Part shown: piece by piece, positions 52,403-64,000 of the stretch
Layout of the letters: each line of letters starts with the position of its first letter
Position numbering within the stretch: the stretch's first letter is position 1
Origin: Octopus vulgaris
Lineage: Eukaryota
DNA length: 64,000 nt
Assembly: GCA_951406725.2 (NCBI GenBank)
Contig: OX597834.1
Span: forward strand, 36,580,001 to 36,644,000
Reading direction: 5' to 3'
Made by a program: the position numbers and the translations under genes
The notes under the pieces: generated by a model
The model's database searches: none
What the model was told of the DNA's origin: nothing
Seen by the model: only the letters and a program-made list of their open reading frames with translations

Positions 52403-52822
52403 GTATGTGTGTGCATGTTTCTGTGTGTGTATATATCTATATTCTTTTATTTGTTTCAGTCATTTGACTGTGGCCATGCTGGAGCACTGCCTTTAGTTAA
52501 GCAAATTAACCCCAGTACTTATTCTTTGTAAGCCTGGTACTTATTCTATTGGTTCTTTTTTTGCCAACCGCTAAATTACAGGGATGTAAACACACCAACA
52601 TCTGTTGTCAACAGATGTTGGGGCAACAAATGCAGACACTCAAACATACACATATACGACGGGCTTCTTTCAGTTTCCGTCTACCAAATCCACTCACGAG
52701 GCCTTGGTCGGCCTAAGGCTATAGCAGAAGACACTTTGCCCAAGGTGCCACGCATTGAGACTGAACCTGGAACCATGTGGTTGTAAAGCAAGCTTCTTAC
52801 CACACAGCCTCTCCTGCGCCTA
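51958..52822. mobile_element. Inverted pair of SINE B copies (51958-52340 +, 52442-52822 -)
   Basis: Both near full length, tail-to-tail, with a ~100-bp (TG)n spacer. Confidence 0.9.
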
Positions 52823-54141
52823 CGTATATATATTTATATCTGTGTGTGTGTGTGTATACATACATACATGGTGGCTGCCCCCTCGTTATCGAGTATGGTC
52901 ATTGCACGAAGCTTAATCAATGTTGTTAACGTGCAATGCCTGTGTAAGAAGATTTTTTTTTAAGTGAGGAAAGGCTGTGCATATATATATACAGGTGTGC
53001 ATTTACAATACTATGTGTGTATGTATGTACAATGCTATATATATCAGCATGCTGTTGTTATTGGTGTTTATACATCATGTATATATGTGTGTGTGTGTGT
53101 GTATGTATATGTATGTACAATGCTATATATACCAGCAAGCTGTTGTTATTGGGGTTTATACATTATCTATGTGTGCGTGTGTGTGTGTGAGTGTTTGAGT
53201 GTGTGTGTATGCATAATATTGAATAATATATTAGCCTGTCGATAACAATGTTTAGCCGGAAGTCTGCTCCGATCAAAGCAAAACTTCAGATGAAAACTAT
53301 TCAAGCTACGATTATTTCGACCTTTTTAGCAGGAATACTGAACTTCGATGACCTTCTGCGACAAACCCTTTTTAAGATGCTACGGTGTGGTTTCAGGGAC
53401 GTTTGGCTGCTATTTCTAGTCAGCCAGGCGGCTATGAAAAGGTTCCATTGTATGTGTTTGGCAGCCATTACGCATAACATTGTGTCCATGGTAACCGCAA
53501 CAGGTTGCACGTGTGGGTGCATATATATGTTCACATATAGCAGCTGAGGTCAACGAACACTGGGAGAGGCTGCACAAAAATATATACAAATATATACACA
53601 CACACACATACACATAGATATACACACACATATATAGACATACACACACACAAATATGTCTATATATACATGTGTATGTATATAATATATATATATATAT
53701 AATGTATATATACACACACATATATAGACATACACACACATACAAATACATGTCTATATGGACATGCATGTGTATATAATATATATATATATTATGTATA
53801 TATACACACACAAACACATATATATACATATATATTATGTTGGCGTTAGGAAGGGCAGTTGGCGTTAGGAAGGGCAGTTGGCGTTAGGAAGGGCATCCAG
53901 CCGTAGAAACACTGCTAGATCTGACTGGGCCTGACGAAGCCTTCCAGCTTCACAGACCCCAGTTGACCCGTCCAACCCATGCTAGCATGGAAAACGGACG
54001 CTAAACGATGATGATGATGATGATGATATACATACACACACACATATATATACATATATACACACATACACACTCACACACATACATACATATATACATA
54101 CAAAAAATATATATACATATATACATACATACAAAAAATAC

Positions 54142-54187
<46 letters not shown>

Positions 54188-54533
54188 ATATAGGGTATAT
54201 AGATATAATTTATAGTAATATTAGTATGCACAGAGAAACCTGGATTATTATAATATTTTATAATATATTATAATATTTTATACATAAATACATATAAGAG
54301 AGTGGCCACTATGTGGCTCACTCTAGCACTAGAAATAGATCCAATAGGTTTCAACCACAAAATAAATGTTTCCCATGAAAGTCAGCACAATTGTTAGCTC
54401 AAACGAACAGGGCAAATAAAAATTATATATACATATATAAACACACATTATATTAGAGGCAAAAGCAAAACCAAGGCAGAACGAATATCTCCAGTCATTT
54501 AGAAAAATTTAATTAGAGTAAAGTGAATTTGAA

Positions 54534-54609
54534 GTCTTACAGCCGTTTCTGCGATCACCCAAGTGGTTGGTTAGCACGTCCGTACATTGGGTATTACGTC
54601 ATCAGAGAC
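54534..54609 (-). ncRNA. Type-I hammerhead ribozyme-like motif of the Penelope pseudo-LTR kind
   Basis: GUCU-CUGAUGA-CGUAAUACCCAA...UUGGGUGAUCGCA-GAAA-CGGCU-GUA-AGAC: stem I GUCU/AGAC, near-palindromic stem III ACGGCUGU, GUA triplet. The base of stem II is irregular. Confidence 0.7.
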
Positions 54610-54671
54610 AAGGTATGAATACTTTAGAAGGGGAAAGTTTACATTTTACAAGGAATAAAATTCACAGTTCA

Positions 54672-55035
54672 TCTCTATATATATAAACGGCAAAATGTCT
54701 GTGTGTGTATCCTTTATACAAATCCACAATTTTTCAGTTAGAGGGCTCGCACTTTCTATGGTCATTCAAAACCGTCCAAGGGTGGTGGTGCACATTTTTA
54801 CATTTCCCCAGTCACCCCACAAAGCCATTAAAAAATCAATAGAAGTGACTTTTTTGTTAATTTTCTATCCAAAACCCAATCAAAATGCCCGAAACTTGAT
54901 ACGCCAATTGAATGCCAGCTAGCTGTATGTGATTGGTCGGAGATTTGGACAGCACTCACGCGTATGTGCGCACGCACGCAGCTGTATATGCATGCATTAG
55001 TACTATGACCCAGCAACGCCGGGTCATAGTGCTAG
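54672..55035 (+). mobile_element. Complete non-autonomous Helitron (364 bp)
   Basis: A|TCTCTATATATATAAA 5' end; subterminal hairpin ACTATGACCC-agcaacgcc-GGGTCATAGT; CTAG|T 3' end; no TSD. Confidence 0.92.
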
Positions 55036-56995
55036 TAAGGAATAAAATAGAATGACAAAGGAGTAAAAGTAGTCAGAAGAATATAGACAAGAGATAGGAA
55101 GTGCCGACCAACATCCATATCCACGGGGAAAAGATGTGTGCATGTCCTTCATCACTGCTTGACAACCAGTGTTTGTGAGTTTATCTCCCTATGACTTAGT
55201 GGTTTGCCAAAGAAGACAGATAGAATCAGTAACTGGTTTAAAAAAAATTCAAGTACTAGAGTCAATGCATTCTTTTTAACTTGTTTCAGTCATTTGACTG
55301 CAGCCATGCTGGAGCACTGCGTTTAGTTGAGCAAATCGACCCCAGGACTTATTCTTTGTAAGCCTAGTACTTATTCTATCAGTATCTTTTGCCAAACTGC
55401 TAAGTTACAGGGACGTAAACACACCAGCATCAGTTGTCAAGCGATGTTGGTGGGGACAAACACACACACAAATATATATATATATACATATATACGACAG
55501 GCTTCTTTCAGTTTCCGTCTAACAAATCCACTCACAAGGCTTTGGTCGGCCCGAGGCCATAGTAGAAGACACTTGCTCAAGGTGCCACGCAGTGGGACTG
55601 AACCCGGAACCATGTGGTTGATAAGCAAGCTACTTACCACACAGCCAGAATTTTTCAAGGCAGTGCACCAGCACGGCCCGCAGCCTAATAACCGAAATGA
55701 GGTAAAAGAAAAAAAAAAGAATGAAAGAAAAAGATTACCCCAGAACAACGAAAGGTAAAAATCAGCCTGATGGGAATTGAACTCAGACTGTAAAAGGACA
55801 TACTCACAAAATACAACAACACAACATGTTGTCAAGCATAAATATGGAATTATCAAACAGGATCCTAAGAGGAAATACTCAGAAAAAGTGAAGCCCTGCT
55901 GTAAAAGTATTTGTTTAATTTAACAATAAACGTTTCTTTCAACATGTTTCATGTATGGCCTCATTAATCTAGATGTATTAATCGCTATTTGCCATGTCGT
56001 TTGAGAGCCATTAATATAGATTAGCAATTAACAGACTGAGAAAAAGTATCAGAATTCAAGAGAACAAAACAAAACAAGAAAAAAAAAAAGAAAGAAAGAA
56101 AAGTGCAGCGGTTGTTTTTGGAATTTGGGGAGAGTTTTATTTTTTTTGTGAAGTTGGAATGGCTTGGGAAGATAAGAATCCTGGTGTTTGAAGCAGAAGC
56201 CTTTCAAGAGAGCCAGACATCATCATCATCGTCATCACTGCAATCATTATCATCACTGCCATCATCATCATCACCACTGCCACCATCATCATCATCATCA
56301 TCATCACCACTGCCACCATCATCAGCGTCATCATCATCATTACCATCATCATCACCATCATCACTACACTCATTATTATCATTGTCAAAGATCACCATCA
56401 TCATCATCACCATCATCATACCATCACCATCATCATATCATTGTCGTCATCATCATCATCATCATCCTCATCATCATCACCATCGTCGTCGTTGTTGTTG
56501 TCGTCATCATCATTTAATGCTTTAGCATTTAAACTGACCATATCCGGGCCAAACACTCTACCGGCTTAATGTTCTAACCAGCCAGATCCAGCCTGTCACA
56601 CCTACCCTTCAATGCCATCATAAAATATACCATCACATCAAGAAAATATCAAGGTTATAAAATAATGCATGATTAATTAAAAACAATCTGAATAAACAAG
56701 CGTTACATTTGATAAGAATAATCTAATTGCTAAAAGAATTAACGACCAATTTGATAATAGCTGGCAAGCCCAGGAAACTGTGTCAAGCTCTAGGGTCTGC
56801 TTTGGCTTAGTTCCTACAACCTGATGCCCTTCCTAGTGCCAACCACTTTACAGAATGTACTGGGTGATTTTTATGTGGCACCAGCCACCGGCTCTAGCAA
56901 GGACACCAAACAGCTTGCAAGACAAGACCCCCACCCACCTCTTTTGAGGTGTGATTAGATGAGAATTAGACTATGACAGAGGAACATCATCATCA

Positions 56996-57117
56996 TCATT
57001 GTTTGACTGTGGTCGAGACAATGGAATTTACTATGTTACGCCAGACTTCATGGTCCATCATAGCATTATGGAGGTCCTGTTGCTGGATGCCTGTATCCCT
57101 GGAGATTACATCAGGGA
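56996..57117 (-). mobile_element. C-terminus of a second RTE-type LINE family
   Basis: PDVISRDTGIQQQDLHNAMMDHEVWRNIVNSIVSTTVKQ* running into a (GAT)n tail. Confidence 0.75.
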
Positions 57118-57361
57118 AGAAGATGAGTGCTAAATGAAAGGCAATAAAGTTAATTCTCTCTTTGATGAAGGACTTCACTCAGAATGTCAGGATAATTCTT
57201 CCTCCCCTATGGCATACAAACTTATCCTGACTTTACAGTATTTGCAAAATGTTGGTAAATTGGTAGAATCATCAGAGCTGAGACCATGCAAGGTTGAAAG
57301 GGTTGTTTAGTCCATCTGAAGGCACAGCGACCTCTCAAAAGCTGGTGCCATGATAAACTGT

Positions 57362-57700
57362 AAAGAGTAAAGACCCCCTTTGGTCATGAATGACCATGGG
57401 ACTGTGCCTACAAAGTTAGCCTCTGAGGCGCAAGTCCAGGCAAGGTTGTTTTTCAAGGAAGACCAGCAGTCGCCCATGCATACCAGCTCCCCCTCTCCAT
57501 GTCACTGATGTAATCTAAGGGAAAGGCAAAGGGGACGATACAGCCTGGCACCAGTGACATTGGAACTCATTTCTACAGCTGAGTGAACTGGAGCAACGTG
57601 AAATAAAGGGTCTTGGTCAAGAACACAATACACAACCTAGTCCGGGAATTGATCTCGCTACCTCATGATTGTGAGCCCGTGACTCTAACCACTGTGCCAT
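57362..57700 (-). mobile_element. tRNA-derived SINE, head Y + tail R
   Basis: Minus-strand head tggcacagtggttagagtcacgggctcacaatcatgaggtagcgagatcaattccc. Confidence 0.8.
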
Positions 57701-59405
57701 TATATATATTTCGTCATGTGGCTAGTGATAAGAAGGTTGATGACATCTGGCTAATAGAAACAAAGCGCAAAATTCAACATATGAATAAAACATGGTAGTC
57801 CTACCATGCGTAGAATGGTTATTAGTGAGGATAAGAACTGATATGGCCAGTGGTAATCTATCTGACCCTTACTAGTATGGAAAGGAGATGTAAAATGAGG
57901 AGGATAAGAATGAGGATAATAGTCCATTTATACATAAGAGAGTCAGTTATATATATGTATATATATAGGCATATGTGCAGGAGTGGCTGCGTGGTAAGTA
58001 GCTTGCTTATCAAACACATGGTTCTGGGTTCAATTCCACTGCATAGCACCTTGGGCAAGTGTCTCCTATTATAGCTTCAAGCTGACCAAAACCTTGTGAG
58101 TGGATTTGGTAGGCAGAAACTGAAAGAAGCCTGTCATATGTATGTATGCAAGCATGTATGTATGTACATATGTATGTATGTATGTACGTACATACGTATG
58201 TATATTTTCTTTACGTATATTTTCTGTACGCATGTAGACTTTCTTTACTCTTTTGCATTTGGTTGACAGAAACTGAAAGAAGCCTGTCATATGTATGTAT
58301 GTGTGTGTGTTTGTGTGTCTGTGTTTGTCCCCACAACATCGCTTGACAACCGATGCTGGTGTGTTTACGTCCCCGTAACTTAGCGGTTCGGCAAAAGAAA
58401 CTGATAGAATAAGTACTAGGCTTACAAAGAATAAGTCCTGGGATCGATTTGCACGACCAAAGGTGGTACTCCAGCATGGCCACAGCCAAATGACTGAACC
58501 AAGTAAAAGAGTAAGAAAAAGGAGTACTATATATGGAGCATTGCTGTGCTCAAGAAACCCACCTGCCCCTACAGTACTGAGACCCTAAAACCAAGACACC
58601 ACATAAAATGTAACCAGTCCACACTGTGGAGTGGTTGGCATTTGGAAGGGTCTCCAGCTGTTGAATCCAGGCCAATGTAGACTATGGAATCTGGTGCAGG
58701 CCCCTGACCATGACACTTCCTGTCAAGCCGTCCAAACCATGCTAGCATGGAAAATGGACATTAAATGTTGATGATGATGATGATGATGCATGTGTCTAAG
58801 CAAGTGTGTGTGTGTATATATGAATGTAAGCATGCATTTATGTATATATGTATGTATATATAGGGAGAGTTTACGAAAAAAACAAAAGGCGAAGACAGGT
58901 GGTGTACAAAACAAACAGATGTATTAGTATAACGCTCAGGAATAGAAAAAGCCTTTTACGTTTCAAGCCTATGCTCTTCTACAGAAAGGGACACAGAAAA
59001 AACAAGGAGAGAAAAAAATGTGTGTAGTGGCTAACGATATACGTGTATATGTATGTATATATGTACCTGTATACAAAAATACAGTAGCTCTTACGAGTTT
59101 AAAGGTGTTAACGACTGTGCAAGGAACAAAGCATATATTTAACTGTTATTTGGTTTTATTTTGTTTTGTTTTCTTTAACTGCATCCCCTCTGTCGCCCGT
59201 CCCCCATTGCCACCACCACCAACACCACAGGTGCTAATCCTAAGCTGGCTGCCAACCAAAACAAAACACGGAAATTTCAATTAGGAAATGAACACAGAAG
59301 CATTAATACAATCGCTTATTCATACATATAGAGTCATGTACACATACTATAACCATTCACATACACACATGGATGCACACACACACACACACACACGTGT
59401 ATGTA

Positions 59406-59442
<37 letters not shown>

Positions 59443-59967
59443 CAAAATGGGACAAGAACGCAAAACATCTGGACAACTAGGTGATTGGCGTACGTACACT
59501 TTGTTCTCTTATATATATATATATTTCTTTACTACCCACAAGGGGCTAACCACAGAGGGGACAAACAAGGACAGACAAACGGATTAAGTCGATTACATCG
59601 ACCCCAGTGCATAACTGGTACTTAATTTATCGACCCCGAAAGGATGAAAAGCAAAGTTGACCTCGGCGGAATTTGAACTCAGAACGTAACGACAGACGAA
59701 ATACGGCTACGCATTTCGCCTGGCGTGCTAACGTTTCTGCAAACGTGTGTGTGTGTGCATATATTCTTTTATTTGTTTCAGTCATTTGACCGTGGCCATG
59801 CTGCAGCTCTACCTTTAGTTGAACAAATCGATCCCAGGACTTATTCATTATAATCCTGGTACTTATTCTATTGGTCACTTTTGCCGAACCGCTAAGTTAA
59901 GGGGACGTGAACACACCAACATCGATTGTCAAGTGATGGTGGGGGGGACAAACACAGACACACAAAC

Positions 59968-60018
<51 letters not shown>

Positions 60019-60869
60019 GCTTCTATCAGTTTCCGTCTACCAAATTCACTCGCAAGGTTTTGTGCGACCCGAGGCTATAGCAGAAGACACTTGCCCAAGA
60101 TGCCACGCAGTGGGACTGAACCTGGAACCATGAGGTTGGTAAGCAAGCTACTTACCACACATAGAAGGTATATGACAGGTGACATCTTGTTGCCACTACT
60201 GCTTTTTCTCTCGATGGGTTTACACAGCCAAAGTTGTTAAATGAACAACTGTATCAACAAATGATCAAATATATTTGAGAATAATCTCTTATCTTTTCTT
60301 AGTCCAAGGCCGAAAGACTATGTTTTGAATATTGACCACACACAAAAGCAGTTTGACCTACTGACCTACGTTGGAACGAAATCTGTTGTTGAATTCAGAC
60401 ATGTGTAAATACAATAAATAGTCTGACCATAGAATGAATAAAGCTAGGTGAATATTGTCAGTAGGGAAAAAGAATAAGACCACTATGGATCCGTGACCCA
60501 GGAGGGAAGAGAGTTCACCATATATTTTTTGGTGGGTGATCACGTGAATGCTGAGTGTGCTGTGGTGCCCCTTCTCCAAAATCAAGAATTGGCGTCTCAT
60601 CAAGCAATGAAGCAGCTCTGTTGGTGTTTCAGCCCCTTACACTGTGACACCAGAATTACTCGGGGTCACCCACCGACGAAGGTGACAAAATTCTTACACA
60701 ACAGTACGACCTTCGTTGGGTCAGATTTTGTGACTCTGGGCCAGATGTTTCTGTCATCATCAATGCTCATCCTAGCTGCACCACTCCTCCTCTTTCTTCA
60801 GCATGATGTGCTGGGTTGGTTTTCTAAGCAACTTCTGATAATTTTCTGACAATATCTCTCCTTTCCTTT

Positions 60870-61398
60870 TACTTGCCTCAACAGGTCTTTGCAAGCAGAG
60901 TTTAGTGTCCAATGAAGGAAAGGTACACATAAGTGGGTTGGTTGACAGCGTCTCTGCACATGGCTTGCACAGCTCTCGCTAACCATTCATCTATCCCTAG
61001 TTTCCTCATTGACCACCATACAAGGGATCGGGGGACCCTGTCAAAGGCTTTCTCCATGTCAACGAAAGCCAGGTACAGAGGTTTATCTTTGGCTAGGTAT
61101 TTCTCCTGCAGCTGTCTTAACCAGAAATATAGCATCAGTGGTGCTTTTCCCTGGCATGAACCCAAACTGCATCTCATCTAAACTGACTCTCTCCCTAATT
61201 ACTTGGGCTATGACCCTAATCCGTGACCTTCATTACCTGATCCAACAGCTTGATACCTCTCGCCCATATAGTTAACCAGGTGACACACGAAGGAGTCATA
61301 CCCAATGATTGGTGTAGCAGCACTATAGTCTACTGCTTCAAAGGTAAAGGTGATGCTGTAGATACAAATAATTACAGAGGTATCAAGTTGTTGGATCA
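60870..61398 (-). mobile_element. Rearranged RTE LINE: 3' UTR piece, RT N-terminal segment and inverted 5' segment
   Basis: Minus 61260-60943 (frameshifted): RGIKLLDQVMKV...EMQFGFMPGKSTTDAI...RQLQEKYLAKDKPLYLAFVDMEKAFDRVPRSLVWWSMRKLG. Plus 61261-61398: HIVNQVTHEGVIPNDWCSSTIVYCFKGKGDAVDTNNYRGIKLLD. 60870-60942 matches the UTR at 35157-35230. Confidence 0.92.
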
Positions 61399-61931
61399 TA
61401 TATATATATGTATATATGTATACACACATGATGTCAGTTAATAAAAAAAAGGTTATGCCTTTTTCTGTATTGCTTTTTGGGACCACCTTTGGGCATATAT
61501 ACACATACAAATACATAAACGTAGGTAATAAGAAAACTCTAGGGAGAGCTGAACACCAGGTTTTCATGCAAGGGTTTCAATCCTTAACTCCTCACACAGT
61601 AAGGGGGCCAGGCCACATCCAGGTCATGACTATTGGGTACCCTTCTGCAGTCACATTCTGTGCAACTGTCTGCATTGCAACCCTCCTATCTGGCTAAAGT
61701 ACCCTAGAAACAAGGTGTGGAAACCAATTCAGTCTGAGATGCCACTTGACTGGAAGGTAAATTATTCCTTCTGAAGTGCCATACTCTACCAGAACTTCAG
61801 TGACCATATTTTCTGTTTAAATACAGTGGAAGTCGTTTGTCTTGGAAATGAGGTACAGAGTGCTCGCCTTCCTCCCTCATGATCTTTTTTACAGAGGAAA
61901 GAATTGAAGAATCAGTCCCAAACCAATGATT

Positions 61932-62228
61932 GTTGTTTGTTTGTTCCTTCTTGAGCCATGCCTGGCTCATAGGGGCCGGTTTTCCGGTTTCCTTGGTGTA
62001 TAGGTTCCCCACCTGGACGGGACGCCGGTCCATCGCAGGTGTGCTGCAAGATGCAGGAGGAAAGTGTGAGAGAAAGCTGTGGCAAAAGAGTCAGCAGAAA
62101 TTCACCATTACCTTCTGCTGGAGCCTAGGTGTTTCGCTCATAAACACACACATCGCCCAGTCTGAGATTCGAACCTGCGATTCCTCAACCGTAAGTCCGC
62201 TGCCCTAACGCCTAGGCCATGTGCCCCC
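61932..62228 (-). mobile_element. tRNA-derived SINE, head X + tail Q
   Basis: Head and body match 29727-29905; the tail (61932-62060) differs. Confidence 0.82.
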
Positions 62229-62765
62229 ACAATGATTGGTTCTTATTCAACCAATTCCAGGCATGTGGCTTAGTGACCAGTGTGGTTAATAATCACCATT
62301 ATTATTACTACTCACAGTAAGGTGGTGACCTGGCAGAATTGTTAGCACACCGGGCAAAATGCTTAGTAGTAATTCATCCGTCTTAACATTCAGAGTTAAC
62401 ATTCTGCTGAGTTCAGACTCCACCTTTCATCCTTTCGGGGTCGATAAAATAAGTACCAGTTGAACATTGGGGGGTCAATGTAATTGAGTCATCCCCACCT
62501 CCCCCAAGCAGCCCTTGTGGCAAAAATTTGAAATAATTATAACAGCTCACATTAAGGTGGCGTGCTGGCAGAATTGTTAGCACGCTGGGAAAATTGCTTA
62601 GTGGCATTTCATTTTACCACGGTTGTTAGATTAGATTATATGCTAATTAGGTCGTATTCGGTATCTATATAAAGGTTGGATATATACAATGTCTTAATAC
62701 TTTTGCAGATGACTCGTATGTAATTGTACATTTGTTTCCATGTATTGTGCATTGTGTGTAAAAAA

Positions 62766-62847
62766 CATCCTGATGAGGGGAGTGTCAGTTACGAATATAT
62801 GAAATGCATCATATTAATTGGCGCGCCTCCGAAACGGCCAGAAGATG
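62766..62847 (+). ncRNA. Hammerhead-like motif with long stem II, cleavage triplet decayed
   Basis: CAUC-CUGAUGA-GGGGAGUGUCAGUUA...UAAUUGGCGCGCCUCC-GAAAC-GGCC-AGAA-GAUG; lies in an AT-rich element ending at a TA/CA tract near 62915. Confidence 0.55.
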
Positions 62848-62986
62848 AAAAATTTTGTAGTTTTTGTATTTTTTTATTTTTCTGTATTATTTCTGGAATT
62901 TTAATACCTCATTTTATATATGTGCATATATACATACATATATGTACATACATATACCTATACGTTTATATATATGCATATGTGGG

Positions 62987-63019
<33 letters not shown>

Positions 63020-64000
63020 GTACACACACACATATATATATATATATACACATATATATGTACATATATCATCATCATCGTTTAGCGTCTGCTTTCCATG
63101 CTAGTATGGGTTGGACGGTTCAACTGGGGTCTGGGAAGCCAGAAGGCTGCACCAGGCCCAGTCTGATCTGGCAATGTTTCTACGGCTGGATGTCCTTCCT
63201 AACGCCAACCACTCCATGAGTGTAGTGGGTGCTTTTTATGTGCCACCAGCACAAGGGCCAGGCGTGGCTGGCAACGGCCACGAACGGATGGTGCTTTTTA
63301 CATACATATATTTACATGTGTGTGTGTGTGTGTGTTTGTTCTATGTCTTTATGTTTGTCCTCCATTATCCCTGCTTGACAACAGTGTTGGCATGCTTACA
63401 TCCCCATAACTTAGCAGTTTGGCAAAAGAGACCAAAATAATAAGTACCAGGCTTAACAAAAAATTAAGTCCTGGGGTCAATTCATTCGACTAAAATTCTT
63501 CGAGGTGGTGCCCCAGCATGGCCACAGTCTAAAAACTGACATAAGTAAAAAAGAAGGTATTGTATTACATATTGTGTTATATTCTAATATTCCATAATGT
63601 AATGATTGTATCCTCTATCTGCATGTACAGTTGAAGTAAAATACATTAATTCTACATCGTTCGATATTAATCAACCCAAAATAAATTCCATGACTCATCA
63701 TCTATGAAAGTGCAGAAAACTTTGTCTTTTTTCTGGAGACATTGGTCTATTTTGGAGGTTCTACTAATGTAAACAAAATAAGAGAAAGAAAGGGTATGAG
63801 TGCAAGTGTGAGTGTGTGTGTGTGTGTGTGTTATCTTTGGCAAAGATAGTTACGGGATGGCAGAGAGAATCGATGAGAGAGAGAGAGTGAAAAAGACAGT
63901 GCGGGAGAATAAAGAAAAGAAGTGAGGAAGGAGAATGTAAAACAAGAGTGGGGATAAAATAAGCAAGAAAATTACAGACACACATGTGTCTATGTGCATA

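Noticed and set aside
53248-53547. 99-aa non-repetitive-looking ORF
   Set aside because: No recognisable motif, and it overlaps the ggctgctatttctag repeat seen elsewhere (e.g. 4540, 39620, 54330).

Overview
AT-rich, microsatellite-saturated eukaryotic DNA whose repeat inventory resembles a coleoid cephalopod (Octopus) genome; this attribution comes from recalled repeat families, not a search. No intact, recognisable host protein-coding gene is present, and almost every ORF in the track is a translated microsatellite. The window contains many copies of several tRNA-derived SINE families, RTE LINE fragments (one with a twin-priming-type 5' inversion), a stop-free CR1-like RT fragment, two R4/Dong-like C-termini, a mariner fragment, Tc1/mariner, hAT and piggyBac-type MITEs (one nested set), a non-autonomous Helitron and a DINE-1/Helentron-like element. 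The most notable signal is a set of short, TA-repeat-associated, often fold-back elements carrying minimal type-I hammerhead-ribozyme-like motifs of the Penelope pseudo-LTR kind. They fall into several sequence families with family-specific core variants, including a C3-G8 to G3-C8 compensatory swap in two copies. Several strong minus-strand splice-site pairs, one enclosing a 7-nt microexon candidate, suggest the window may lie in the introns of a minus-strand transcript; this is unproven. Repeat coordinates were read by eye and may be off by a few bases.
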